Shown piece after piece: positions 49,950-59,547 of a stretch of DNA of 64,000 nucleotides. Each line of letters opens with the position of its first letter. Positions within the stretch are counted from its first letter, which is position 1. This stretch comes from Corallococcus exiguus (GTDB taxonomy: Bacteria > Myxococcota > Myxococcia > Myxococcales > Myxococcaceae): NCBI RefSeq assembly GCF_013155175.1, contig NZ_JABJTS010000010.1; one strand, given 5' to 3'. A model generated the notes under the pieces. It was not told the DNA's origin. It ran no database searches and saw only the letters and a program-made list of their open reading frames with translations. The position numbers and the translations under genes are program-made.

Positions 49950-52624
49950 GAGTCGGAGAAGCGCGCCGTGAGGCGCACGCGGCTGCCAGCAACGCGGATG
50001 CTCGCGCGCTGCTGGCGCAGCGACTCGTCCCGCCGCGTGGCTTCCATGGCGGCGTCGATGTCGTAGCCGGTGATGTTATAGGTGACGGGCGCGGCCATGG
50101 CAGAGACGTTGCCCGTCTCCGGCGCACGCACCTGACCTCCTCCGCTGAAGCCAGGAGGCAAGTAGCTGCCGAGCCATCCCGGCACCGCAGGCGTCGCGGG
50201 CACCTGCCCCGAGAGGAGCTGCTGAATGGCGGGCGGGAACATGCCGAGGAGCCATCCCGGCACCGGCCCGTTGGGCGAGGACGGGCCGTCCTCCTCCAGC
50301 TCCCCGGCGTCAGGCGCCTCGGGCGTGGGCTTTGGTTTGGGCGGCACCGTGGGGCCGTCCTGCGTGTCCTCGGACTCGAAGCGGCGCAGCGCCACCTTCC
50401 ACGCGGCCGGCACGTTGGTGAGAGCCGCCGTGGCGCGGGCCACCGCTTCCGTGTGCTCCTCCACCTGCGCGGTTTCCTCGGCACGTGCCTTCGCCGAGTC
50501 CCACGTCGTGTCCTCCAGCACCTGGAGGGAGTCGTCCATGCTGTCGGTGTCCACCTTCAGCTTGTTGAGCGAGCGCGCGAACTTCTTCAGCCCGTCAAAG
50601 CCCGTCCAGTCGATGAGGCTGGAGATGGCACGGATGACGGTTTGCACCGCGCCGATGACGGCATTCCAGACTTCGCTGATGGCCTTCGCGATGGTGAGGA
50701 CGACGCTGCCAACGAACTTCAGCGCCGTGAAAAGGGCCTTCATGATGGGCCCGCCCAGGATGCTGAGCGGCTGCTGAATCAGCAGGAAGGTGCGGCCCAG
50801 CACCTCGAAGAGGGGCGCCAGGCCCTTCAGGATGTCGCCCAGCACCACCAGCGGCGGCACCAGCGGTTCAATCGCCTCCCCCAGCATCTCGAAGACGGGC
50901 GTGAGGGCAGAGAGGACGCCATCCACCACCATCGTCACGGCGTTGAGCAGGGGCTGGAGCGGCTCCAGCAGCGTGCCCAGCGAGTCGGCCACCTTCTGGA
51001 TGAGCGTGTTGACGGACTCGATGACGCCCTTGAAGCCCTCGGACTGCATGAGCAGTTCGCCCACCACGGCGATGATGGCGCCGTAGACACCACCCGCCTC
51101 CATGCCCTGGACGCCCGCGTTGATGAGGTCGCCCAGCTGGCCCAGGCCGCCGATGAAGCGGTCCACCAGCGACTCCCTCGCGGCGTCCATGGCGGCTTCC
51201 GCTTCAGCGGCGAGGTTCTCCGCCTCCAGGCGCATCTCGTGGAAGGCAGCGGCGCCAGCGGCCTCCTCCGCGCGGATGCTGGCCAGGTACTCCTTGCGCG
51301 ACTCCTCGTTGGCCTGGGCCTGGAGCTTCGCCATGGCGGCCTGCTCCGCCGCCTCCTGCTTCTGGGCGGCCTCCAGGGCGGCCTTGTCCGTGGGCTTGCG
51401 GATGCGCGCCTTGCCCTGTGCCCCGCCCCCACCCGCTAGCTTCGCCAGGAGGGCCTGGATCTGCGACGTGACGCCCTCCAGGTTGAGGGCACGGGCGAGG
51501 TCCGCGCCGAGGCGCTTCGCGCCCACCGCGCTGGTACGCAGACCGTAGGCGACGCTCTCCTCCAGCTCGCGTCCCGCGCCGGCCACGGCGTCACCCACCG
51601 CCACCGCTGTCTGCTGCGCACCGTCCCAAAGCACCTGGGCGCCCTGCCCCAGCGTCTCCAGCAACTCCCGGCCCGTGACGGTGGACACCTGCCGGAAGGT
51701 GGCTGCCAGCTCCGGGAAGCCCGCCTGTCGTGCCACGGGCTCAAGGAGACGGGAGACGCCACGCACCAGGGCCGCGACGCGGTCCAGGACGGACAGGGCC
51801 GCCCCCTTCACGAAGTCGCCCAGCGCCAGGAAGGCGTGGGAGAAGCCGTCCGCGATGCGGCCTGCCCACTTGGCCAGCTGGTCGCCGATGTCCCGGAAGA
51901 AGTCCGCGAGGCCCGTGCTGCTGTCCTCCCAGGCGGCGTAGACGCTGCCCGCCAACAGCACCAGGGCCGCTACGGCGGCGGCCACCGCAGCGAGCGGCAC
52001 CAGCAGGCTGCCGGTGGACAGGGCCAGGCGCCCCAGGCTGCCGGTGACGGATGGCGTACTCGCCACCATGCCGCCCATGGAGGCCGTCACCTTGTCCATG
52101 GAGGCCGCCAGGGAGGCCAGGGCCACGGACTTGTTGAGCAGGCGCAGCACCTTCACCAGCCCGCCAGCGCCAATGGCCACGGCCTCCACCACGCCCGCCA
52201 CTTTCCCCAGCGCCCCAGCAGCGAGGCCCGCCCCAGCGACCCACACCAGCACGTCCGAGGCGGCGGCCTTCACCTCGGGAGACAGGGACTGGAAGCTCGC
52301 GACCACGCGCTCGACGCCGTCCGTGACGTGCTGCACCACCGGCAGGAAGGCGTCGCCCACGTCCGCCGCCAGCGTGTAGAGGAGTGCTGTCATCCGCTCC
52401 GTTTCGCGTTCCATGGCTGCGTTGGACTTGGACGCCGCCGCAACGGCACCGGCAATCCCCGCCGCCACCGCCGCGCCAATCTCACCCAGGCCCTTGGATT
52501 TCTCCTTCACCTGCTTGGCGGCCTTCTCGACGGCATCCACCACCTTGCCGAGGTTGGACAGCGCCTCGCCCACAGAGGCCGTCACCGCCACATACAGGTC
52601 GCCTACGCGCAGGCCTCCGGCCAT
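49946..52624 (-). CDS. Phage tail tape-measure protein
   Basis: 892 aa. Ala/Gly/Leu-rich alpha-helical with internal TM-like segments and periodic aromatic residues. Canonical position after the tail chaperones. Confidence 0.8.
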   Translation of the reverse strand: MAGGLRVGDLYVAVTASVGEALSNLGKVVDAVEKAAKQVKEKSKGLGEIGAAVAAGIAGAVAAASKSNAAMERETERMTALLYTLAADVGDAFLPVVQHVTDGVERVVASFQSLSPEVKAAASDVLVWVAGAGLAAGALGKVAGVVEAVAIGAGGLVKVLRLLNKSVALASLAASMDKVTASMGGMVASTPSVTGSLGRLALSTGSLLVPLAAVAAAVAALVLLAGSVYAAWEDSSTGLADFFRDIGDQLAKWAGRIADGFSHAFLALGDFVKGAALSVLDRVAALVRGVSRLLEPVARQAGFPELAATFRQVSTVTGRELLETLGQGAQVLWDGAQQTAVAVGDAVAGAGRELEESVAYGLRTSAVGAKRLGADLARALNLEGVTSQIQALLAKLAGGGGAQGKARIRKPTDKAALEAAQKQEAAEQAAMAKLQAQANEESRKEYLASIRAEEAAGAAAFHEMRLEAENLAAEAEAAMDAARESLVDRFIGGLGQLGDLINAGVQGMEAGGVYGAIIAVVGELLMQSEGFKGVIESVNTLIQKVADSLGTLLEPLQPLLNAVTMVVDGVLSALTPVFEMLGEAIEPLVPPLVVLGDILKGLAPLFEVLGRTFLLIQQPLSILGGPIMKALFTALKFVGSVVLTIAKAISEVWNAVIGAVQTVIRAISSLIDWTGFDGLKKFARSLNKLKVDTDSMDDSLQVLEDTTWDSAKARAEETAQVEEHTEAVARATAALTNVPAAWKVALRRFESEDTQDGPTVPPKPKPTPEAPDAGELEEDGPSSPNGPVPGWLLGMFPPAIQQLLSGQVPATPAVPGWLGSYLPPGFSGGGQVRAPETGNVSAMAAPVTYNITGYDIDAAMEATRRDESLRQQRASIRVAGSRVRLTARFSDS

Positions 52625-52627
52625 GCC

Positions 52628-52813
52628 TCACCCCTTTGGACGCTTCCTGAAAACCGTTGTCGTCGTCATCGGGCCGGTATGAGAGGCGGGGCCCGGAGCG
52701 CGCATTCCGCGCACCTCCTCGGCCTCCAGGGCGCAGTGGGCCAGGAGGTGGACGACGTCCTCCCATGCCCAGCTACGCACTTCCTCGGGCGACTGGCCCG
52801 TCAGCTTCACCAC
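52628..52813 (-). CDS. Short ORF downstream of the tail assembly chaperone; possible -1 frameshift product (G-T-type)
   Basis: 61 aa ORF in a different frame, 15 nt after the chaperone stop, in the position where G/GT chaperone frameshifting occurs in siphoviruses. Confidence 0.3.
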   Translation of the reverse strand: MVKLTGQSPEEVRSWAWEDVVHLLAHCALEAEEVRGMRAPGPASHTGPMTTTTVFRKRPKG

Positions 52814-52827
52814 CGCGTGCAGCGCCC

Positions 52828-53211
52828 TCAGCTCGGGGTGGTGCCGGAGTTTCCCTTCGCTTCCTCCAGCGTCGGTCCAGCGAAGGCCCGGGCCAGGTCG
52901 TCCTGAATCTCCTCCAGCCAGGGCTCGCGCTTCACCTGGCCGACCTCCGACTCGTCGAAGACGCGGATGGCGGTGTCCGGGTGGTAGAGGCAGAGGACGG
53001 CGATGCGGGCGATCATCGCCATCCCCGCGAACTCATCCACGGGCTTCCGGTCCGGCCCCAGTTCCTTGGCGGCCTTCGCGGCGGCGAGCAACTCAAGCTT
53101 CTCGCCCAGGGGCGGTTGGCAGATGTCGTAGTCGGCGCCGTCCAGCGCGACGCGCTTGTGCAGCTTGCGGCGGGTGCCGAGGGGCTTTCGGAGCGTGGTG
53201 GGTGCGGTCAT
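52828..53211 (-). CDS. Phage tail assembly chaperone
   Basis: 127 aa acidic protein immediately upstream of the tape-measure gene. Confidence 0.5.
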   Translation of the reverse strand: MTAPTTLRKPLGTRRKLHKRVALDGADYDICQPPLGEKLELLAAAKAAKELGPDRKPVDEFAGMAMIARIAVLCLYHPDTAIRVFDESEVGQVKREPWLEEIQDDLARAFAGPTLEEAKGNSGTTPS

Positions 53212-53247
53212 GGTGAGGCCTCGGGTGTGAAGTGGGAAAGCAGGCGG

Positions 53248-53673
53248 CTACACCGCGATGGGCGCGCCCTGGCCGGCAAGGGTGGCTGAGAAGGTGACGA
53301 CGTCCGTGGAACTGCGGCCCTCCTCGTAGGACGTCACCTTCACCGGGTAGCGGAAGCCTTGCGTGCCCATGGGGGCCGTCTCGTCCTCCACGATGGTGAA
53401 GAAGACGGTGGCGTCGGTCTCGAAGGCGTCACGCAGCACTTGTTGGGGCGCGCTGCCCTTGAAGACGTGGCCGGAGAGCGGAATGGAGAAGGACTTCCAG
53501 GTGCCCTTTGTGCGCTTGTACCCGTCACCGCCGAAGTAGTTGGCGTCCACGGTGTCCTTCGCGCGGTTGACGGGCGCCTCCAGCACGCCGTCCAGCGCGT
53601 CCGCTTCCACGGGCGCGGTGTCGGTGGCGCGGATGTAGAGCTTGTCGAAGAAGGCCTCTCGGGGTTCGGGCAT
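53248..53673 (-). CDS. Phage major tail (tube) protein
   Basis: 141 aa beta-rich protein (…YKRTKGTWKSFSIPLSGHVFKGS…) in the canonical position. Size and composition fit TP901-1/GTA gp9-type tube proteins. Confidence 0.5.
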   Translation of the reverse strand: MPEPREAFFDKLYIRATDTAPVEADALDGVLEAPVNRAKDTVDANYFGGDGYKRTKGTWKSFSIPLSGHVFKGSAPQQVLRDAFETDATVFFTIVEDETAPMGTQGFRYPVKVTSYEEGRSSTDVVTFSATLAGQGAPIAV

Positions 53674-53687
53674 GGTGGTGGTTCCAG

Positions 53688-54089
53688 TCAGTGGGAGGGA
53701 AAGCGCTGCGCCAGGAAGTCCTTCAGGACGGCAGCAACGCGGCGACGAGCGCTGCCCCGAGCGCGACGGAAGGACTTGCGAAGAAAGTGCGGCGGCGGAT
53801 TGAAAAGCTGCGCGCCCCAGTGCCAGCCTTCATGAATGGGGCCGGCGGCCGGGTGCACGTAGCCTGCCGTCCACGTCGTGGAGAGGCGCTGGCTCAGGTT
53901 GTGGAGGGGGCCGCTCAAGAAGGCGCTATCGCGCAGGTGGCCCTCGCCCACTGGCACGAGGAAGAGGGAGTAATCCAGCGCGAGGCGGGCAATGTCCCGG
54001 CAGGGCGCATCCAGCGCACGCAGCACTTTGGCGGGAGAGCGGCGCAGGCGCTCCAGCCTCACCACATCAACTCTGAGTCGGACGGGCAT
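53688..54089 (-). CDS. Phage neck/tail-completion protein (hypothetical)
   Basis: 133 aa basic protein. 15-nt gap to major tail gene. Borders the low-GC insertion. Confidence 0.4.
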   Translation of the reverse strand: MPVRLRVDVVRLERLRRSPAKVLRALDAPCRDIARLALDYSLFLVPVGEGHLRDSAFLSGPLHNLSQRLSTTWTAGYVHPAAGPIHEGWHWGAQLFNPPPHFLRKSFRRARGSARRRVAAVLKDFLAQRFPSH

Positions 54090-54167
54090 CTACTACTTCT
54101 ATGGGGGTGCTCTCCGCAACTGGCGCATCAGTGAGCCCCAAGCAACAAGGCAGCTTTAACTTCCCGT

Positions 54168-54173
54168 TATAAT
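54168..54173 (+). promoter_or_regulatory. Candidate -10 element (TATAAT) for the KAP NTPase gene
   Basis: 'cccgttataatggggg' about 45 nt upstream of ATG 54217 in an AT-rich 115-bp spacer. No convincing -35. Confidence 0.3.
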
Positions 54174-54216
54174 GGGGGTGTACGAGCGGACACTGAACCT
54201 ACGAGACTGACCACAA

Positions 54217-56418
54217 ATGCCAACCTCACACCCCTACTCACCTGATCACCCAATTACAAGTCACAAAGAAGACAAACTAAATCGTTCTCCCTTCGCCCAG
54301 CGAATAGCGGACACCATTGCCGAAAGGCTCGATCCAAGCCCGCTGGTCATTGGACTAAACGGCGTCTGGGGTGACGGAAAAACATCGACGCTCCAACTGA
54401 TCGAAGAACGCCTCTCAACAAGAGGCGATGTAATCTGCGTCAAATTCAACCCCTGGTATTTCGAAAATGAGGAAAAGCTTCTTCGAGGCTTTTTCTCCAA
54501 CCTCTCAACGGCTCTCGGCAAGTCACTCAGCACCCGGAAAGAGGCCGCAGGAGAAATCATAAGCAAGTACAGCTGGATATTATCGTTCGCATCAACAACA
54601 CTGACGCTAGACAAGGACACATCAATACAGTCAAATCCCGGAGAAGCAGCCAAGCAACTAGGCCAGCAACTGTCCACAGTGGAACTACCGGCGCTAAGAA
54701 GCAGACTGGAGTCAATCCTTCGTGAAGAAGGGAAACGGATTGTCGTCTTCATCGACGACATCGATCGCCTCGATCGCAGCGAAATCCAGTCAATCTTCAG
54801 ACTCGTCAAGCTCTCGGCCGGGTTTGAAAGAACAACATACCTTCTCGCATTCGATGAAGCCATCGTCTCGGCTTCGCTTGGAGAAAGATACGCCCAAGGC
54901 GGAGCACAAGCCGGCCGCGACTTCCTCGACAAGATAATTCAAGTCCCACTTCGACTCCCACCAGCAGACAAGCTCTCACTGAGGGATATCATTTTCTCGG
55001 GGATCAATGAAGCAATTGAATTGGCAGGAATAGAAGACATCAAGGACGAAGATATCCAATCCTTCCATATCGCTTTTCGTGAAGGACTTGAGCCCCACAT
55101 TACAACCCCCCGCAAAGCAAACTTATTCAAGAACACACTGTCCTTCGCCCTCCCTATACTTAAAGGCGAAGTACATCCGATCGATCAAATATTAATCGAA
55201 GGCATCCGCATCTTCCTTCCAGGCCTCTATTCAGCAATCCTAGAAAACGAAAGCTCTTTCCTCGACAGTTCAGAGCGGCGCTCCAGGGAAGACGCACACA
55301 AGAAGCGCCTGCTTGAGATCATCAACAATGCACTCCCATCAATAAACGAAGCAGGTCGCGAAAAGATAAGGCGTGGCCTCTTGGAAAGAATTTTCCCCCA
55401 ACTTCAATCGGTTTTCGGCAACATCTTCTGGGGAGACAGCAGGCAAGATGCCTGGGAAAAAGAGCAGCGGATATGCTCTCGGCAGTACTTTCATCGATAC
55501 TTCTCATACGCAATTCCAAGTGGAGACGTGTCAGACAGATTCATATCAAATATCATAAAAATTGCAGGAAAACAGCCGGCCGACACCATAAGCAAGTCCA
55601 TGCTTGAACTGGGCGCCCGAGGAGCCGACCGCCTAATTGACAAGCTAAACTCAGTCGTAGACGAACTGGACGAAGTCGAAGCCCTAAATATCGCAGAGGC
55701 GGTCGCCCAATGTGGATCCGTGTTGGCCAGCCAAAACACAGCCCACCATCCGCTCTCCACTGCCTCGCAAGCCGGGATTCTTGTCTACAACCTCCTAAAG
55801 AAATCCCCCAATGGCAACCGACGAAAGATCGCAGCCCAAAAAGTATTGCGAACCGCAGAGCCAATCATATTTGCGGTCGAATGCTTTCGATGGATAAGCC
55901 ACAACAGCGAAACGCCTCTGGAAGATCGAATTCTTGATGACGCCGGACTATCCGAATCCGGCAAGATTGTCGCAGAACGAATAAGCAACGAGGCCAAGGG
56001 CGATAAACTTTGGATAAAATACCCAAACCATACGGGCTCGCTCTTCTTCTTCTGGAAGACCTACGGAAATCCCGAAGAGCCAACGCTACACCTGCGAGAA
56101 CACTTCAAGGCAGACCACAAAAGAGCCACCGAGTTTATTCAGGCCTATATGCCAACAGCATTTCTGATCATGTCCGGAATACTAAGAAAATCAGAACTCA
56201 ACCTGAATGCCTATAAATCCATCAAGAGCGTCTTTGACCCGGACGAACTAATCTATTTCCTTAAAATGACGCACGGGGCTGATATCGATCACTCCTCCAC
56301 ATCAAGAGCATCCGAGTCTCCAGAAAGGAGTGCTGCAGTTCAATTCGTCCGTATTCACAAAGCAGCGGCCACAGGTGCCGAAGACAACGACGAGGACGCA
56401 GATGAGACTGAAACTTGA
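54217..56418 (+). CDS. KAP-family P-loop NTPase (PifA-like), low-GC acquired gene inside prophage
   Basis: Walker A 'GLNGVWGDGKTS'. Walker B 'IVVFIDDIDRLD'. 733 aa with the long alpha-helical C-terminal region typical of KAP NTPases. Codon usage AT-rich (AAA/AAT/TTT/ATA frequent), unlike every neighbouring gene. Opposite strand to the phage structural genes. Confidence 0.9.
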   Translation: MPTSHPYSPDHPITSHKEDKLNRSPFAQRIADTIAERLDPSPLVIGLNGVWGDGKTSTLQLIEERLSTRGDVICVKFNPWYFENEEKLLRGFFSNLSTALGKSLSTRKEAAGEIISKYSWILSFASTTLTLDKDTSIQSNPGEAAKQLGQQLSTVELPALRSRLESILREEGKRIVVFIDDIDRLDRSEIQSIFRLVKLSAGFERTTYLLAFDEAIVSASLGERYAQGGAQAGRDFLDKIIQVPLRLPPADKLSLRDIIFSGINEAIELAGIEDIKDEDIQSFHIAFREGLEPHITTPRKANLFKNTLSFALPILKGEVHPIDQILIEGIRIFLPGLYSAILENESSFLDSSERRSREDAHKKRLLEIINNALPSINEAGREKIRRGLLERIFPQLQSVFGNIFWGDSRQDAWEKEQRICSRQYFHRYFSYAIPSGDVSDRFISNIIKIAGKQPADTISKSMLELGARGADRLIDKLNSVVDELDEVEALNIAEAVAQCGSVLASQNTAHHPLSTASQAGILVYNLLKKSPNGNRRKIAAQKVLRTAEPIIFAVECFRWISHNSETPLEDRILDDAGLSESGKIVAERISNEAKGDKLWIKYPNHTGSLFFFWKTYGNPEEPTLHLREHFKADHKRATEFIQAYMPTAFLIMSGILRKSELNLNAYKSIKSVFDPDELIYFLKMTHGADIDHSSTSRASESPERSAAVQFVRIHKAAATGAEDNDEDADETET

Positions 56419-56446
56419 GGGCCATGTAAATCCAATCCACAAATGC

Positions 56447-56884
56447 TTAAATATTAACCATGACGAAGAATCCAATTATCACATTAAACACCCAACAATG
56501 CCGGTCTGCGCCATCTGTCCCCAAATAGGCCGGTGCGCTTCCCTCCGCGCGTACAACAGAGCAAGAGGCGAGTGCCTCCAGGTGGAGGGCACTAAAGACA
56601 GCCTGAGCGAGTCGCTGCCCGCCCTCGAAGTCCTCCCGTGCTGAACGCACTCGCACCTGACAGCCTGGCGCAATGTACGCCGCGCGGCGCAGCCCCATGT
56701 ACGCCTGTGGTCCCGCGCCGCCTGTCGCCAACAGGGCCACGGCCCGGTCCGGCACTTCGCCGTCGGCCTCAGGCATCGGAGCCGTGAAAAGGTTTGCACT
56801 TGTAGCTGGAGCGCGCATCAACCCTATGCCTGCTGCCTCCAATACATCCGCGAGTTCCAAAGCGATGTCACGCATCAGAACCAC
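56447..56884 (-). CDS. Phage head-tail joining / tail-completion protein (hypothetical)
   Basis: 145 aa. 10-nt overlap with next neck gene. The 3' end runs into the low-GC insertion (C-terminal …FFVMVNI). Confidence 0.45.
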   Translation of the reverse strand: MVLMRDIALELADVLEAAGIGLMRAPATSANLFTAPMPEADGEVPDRAVALLATGGAGPQAYMGLRRAAYIAPGCQVRVRSAREDFEGGQRLAQAVFSALHLEALASCSVVRAEGSAPAYLGTDGADRHCWVFNVIIGFFVMVNI

Positions 56885-57198
56885 ACCTTACGGAAACGCA
56901 CCGCACCCGATCCGTCCACTGACTCGTCCACGGCTACGGGGCGCCGCGCACGGTTGAAGTCCGCGACGTCCTCACCCGGCAACCAGACACGGTGCTGTAG
57001 GGTGACTGGCGCGTCCGTGTAGACAACATGCGCAGCTAGGTGCTCGTTACCATTGGCGTCGCGGATGAGACGCCGGAATGGCTGCACGCGCGCCCGCGTC
57101 GTCAATTGGGGCCCGAGCGTCGGCTTGCCGTAGGCGTCTCGTCCCGTCAGAACGGCATAGGTGATCAACTGACGGAAGGTGTCCGAAGGTGAGGCCAT
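56875..57198 (-). CDS. Phage head-closure / head-tail adaptor protein
   Basis: 107 aa. Position and size consistent with HK97 gp9/gp10-like neck proteins. Confidence 0.45.
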   Translation of the reverse strand: MASPSDTFRQLITYAVLTGRDAYGKPTLGPQLTTRARVQPFRRLIRDANGNEHLAAHVVYTDAPVTLQHRVWLPGEDVADFNRARRPVAVDESVDGSGAVRFRKVWF

Positions 57199-57857
57199 CA
57201 GATCACCCGGTGAATGACGTAGGGCGCGAGCAACGCCTGCGCGACACCAGGGATAGGACTCTTGCCCTCAGCCTTCGCGGCAAAGTAGCTCACCGACCAA
57301 TCCCCGATGGACTCGCTGGCGACCATCGCGTCCACACCGCGCGAGCGGTACAGCTGCACTGCCGTGAGAACGGTGGCCTCCTGCACGTCCTCCGGCAACG
57401 TCACCACGCGCGACGCATCCAGGGCCCGCTGCCCCGGCGTCACGAAGCCTCCGTCGTAGACGACGCGGATGCCCTCCTCGCTGCCCTGGAAGCTGTCTAC
57501 CACCTCCACCACCAGCCCTCCCGAGCGCGCCGTCTCCCGCCAAGCTCCGCGCCTGCGGTACAGCATGCCGGCGTCCGCCAGCTTCCCAAGGCTCTCGTAC
57601 TCCTCAGCCGGAACGAAGGCACCGCCCTCCCAGACGCCCACCACCAGGACAACGGGCGGGCGCTCCAGCAGCAGCAATGGGCGCCCGTAGCCAGCCGGGT
57701 ATTCCACGAGCCCCTGGCCGTGCTCGAAGACCCGGCCGCAGTAGCCAGCAACGGCCCGGCTCGCCGCCGTGACGAGCGACTCCAGACGCGGCGTCACCGC
57801 TACGCCCAGGTCATCCGCCACGGTGGCAGCCAGGCACAGGTCAGCAGGATGCGCCAT
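57198..57857 (-). CDS. Phage head-tail connector-like protein
   Basis: 219 aa. 1-nt overlap with downstream gene. Sits between capsid-decoration-like ORF and the adaptor. Confidence 0.45.
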   Translation of the reverse strand: MAHPADLCLAATVADDLGVAVTPRLESLVTAASRAVAGYCGRVFEHGQGLVEYPAGYGRPLLLLERPPVVLVVGVWEGGAFVPAEEYESLGKLADAGMLYRRRGAWRETARSGGLVVEVVDSFQGSEEGIRVVYDGGFVTPGQRALDASRVVTLPEDVQEATVLTAVQLYRSRGVDAMVASESIGDWSVSYFAAKAEGKSPIPGVAQALLAPYVIHRVI

Positions 57858-57861
57858 GGCG

Positions 57862-58296
57862 TCACACCGGCAGCGTCATGGCGCCGCCGAAGACGATGAA
57901 GGCGCACGCCTGGAGGCTGGGCGAAGTCCCGCCCGTCAGCGTCGTGGCCTCCGCAACGCGGATGAACCGCTTCGCCGCGCCGAGGTCCACGTCCTTCTCC
58001 GCGAAGGTGTTCGCCGCAGCCAGTTGCACGGAGGCCGAACCCGGTCCGGCCGGCACGAAGTCCGTCCAGGCGTCATCCGCTCCATTGTCGCTGGAGTGCT
58101 GGAGTTTCACCTCGTAGCCCTGCGCGGTGGGGCTGCCCGTTACCGCTCCCGTGGCCGCAACGAGGACGCAGCTCTCCCCCAGGACGAGCCGATCATAGCC
58201 CTGCCCCTGGCGAGTTCCGGCAGGCGTCGCGGCGGGCGGCGTGCCCAGGCGAGCGGCGATGAAGGTGCCAATCTGACTGATGTGCGGTGCGCTCAT
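57862..58296 (-). CDS. Phage hypothetical protein (head-associated)
   Basis: 144 aa Ala/Gly/Thr-rich ORF 28 nt downstream of the major capsid gene. Confidence 0.4.
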   Translation of the reverse strand: MSAPHISQIGTFIAARLGTPPAATPAGTRQGQGYDRLVLGESCVLVAATGAVTGSPTAQGYEVKLQHSSDNGADDAWTDFVPAGPGSASVQLAAANTFAEKDVDLGAAKRFIRVAEATTLTGGTSPSLQACAFIVFGGAMTLPV

Positions 58297-58323
58297 AGTG
58301 TCCTTTCGTGGGGCGTCGCCCCG

Positions 58324-59547
58324 TCAGTTGCTGCCCCAGCTCAGGTCCTTCACCACGACGCCGGACTGCCGGTGGCGCATGGCCAAGTCATGCTTGGTGA
58401 TGGCACGCAGCACCGTCTGGTCCGTGGAGATGCCGGACACCAGATGCCCGCCGCGCGTGAAGGCTCCGTTGGGGAAGACTTCGATTTCCAGCGCCATGGA
58501 CTCGCCGATGAGAACCTCGGCCATGTCTACGAGATACAGCTCCGAGCAGTTCTTGCCCGAGCCCAGCGTCTCCGGAATCTGGTTGGTGACGAAGAAGGGC
58601 ACGTTGCGCAGCGTGCCGCGCTCCACCATCTCCCGCTCCAGGGCGTTGGTGCCCTCTCCGCCAGGACCCGGAGCATCGAGAATGGCCGTCTCCGCGTTGG
58701 GGGACATCAGCCACACCGGCTGCACCATGGGCACGTTGGCCTTCTTCAGCTTCTTCTTCGCCTTGTTCAGCTCCTTCTTCATCTCGCCCAACGTGGGCGC
58801 GCCCGCCGTGGCCACCGTCTCCGCGTAGACGTGGGCCGCGTCCACCTGGTTGCGGATGCCGCGCGGCTCCAGCTGCGTGCCGCTGCCTCGCAGGAAGGCC
58901 ATGTCCTCCCGCAGAGCCATGACGTTCAGCAGGTCGTTGCGGATGAACTCCTCGGCGTTGATGGACGCGTTGCGGATGAGGTCGTTGGGCACTGCCGTCA
59001 GCGCCGTGAGCTTCTTCTCGGACAGGGACACCGTGTCCGTGCCCGGCTCCGACTCCTGGATGGTGCTCGTCTCGCCGCCGTAGAAGGCCGTGCCCGTGCT
59101 GGACTGCCGGTCGAAGGTGAGCGAGGCCCCGATGGGGATGACGCGGGCGCCGGCCTGTCGCACCACGGCCTTGTGGCGCAGCAGCTCGATGAACTCGGAG
59201 GCGAACTGGGGATGCACCAGGGAGCCCATGCCCGAGTAGTTGCCCTGGGAGAGGGCCTTGCTCACCACCTCGTCGCCCCAGCCCTTCAGCACGTCCACCA
59301 CGTTGCGCCCTTCCATGCGCGCGACGGCCTTCGCCTTCACGAAGCGGATGAGGTTGAGGCCCGTGCCCTCCGTCATGTGCTTGCCGGTAATGGGCGAGCG
59401 GCGCGGTTCCTCGGGCGCGGTCTCGGCCGCCTTGGAGCCCAGCAGGGCCGCATAGCTGTCGCGGTGCCCCTTGGACTGCTCCACCAGTTGCGCGGCCACC
59501 AGCGGGCCCAGCGACTTCGCCATCTCCTGCATCTGCTCGGGGGTCAT
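58324..59547 (-). CDS. Phage major capsid protein, HK97 family
   Basis: 407 aa. N-terminal delta-domain-like helical region then HK97-fold core (…RNVPFFVTNQIPETLG…ELYLVDMAEVLIGESMALEIEVFPN…). 4-nt overlap with protease gene. Confidence 0.9.
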   Translation of the reverse strand: MTPEQMQEMAKSLGPLVAAQLVEQSKGHRDSYAALLGSKAAETAPEEPRRSPITGKHMTEGTGLNLIRFVKAKAVARMEGRNVVDVLKGWGDEVVSKALSQGNYSGMGSLVHPQFASEFIELLRHKAVVRQAGARVIPIGASLTFDRQSSTGTAFYGGETSTIQESEPGTDTVSLSEKKLTALTAVPNDLIRNASINAEEFIRNDLLNVMALREDMAFLRGSGTQLEPRGIRNQVDAAHVYAETVATAGAPTLGEMKKELNKAKKKLKKANVPMVQPVWLMSPNAETAILDAPGPGGEGTNALEREMVERGTLRNVPFFVTNQIPETLGSGKNCSELYLVDMAEVLIGESMALEIEVFPNGAFTRGGHLVSGISTDQTVLRAITKHDLAMRHRQSGVVVKDLSWGSN

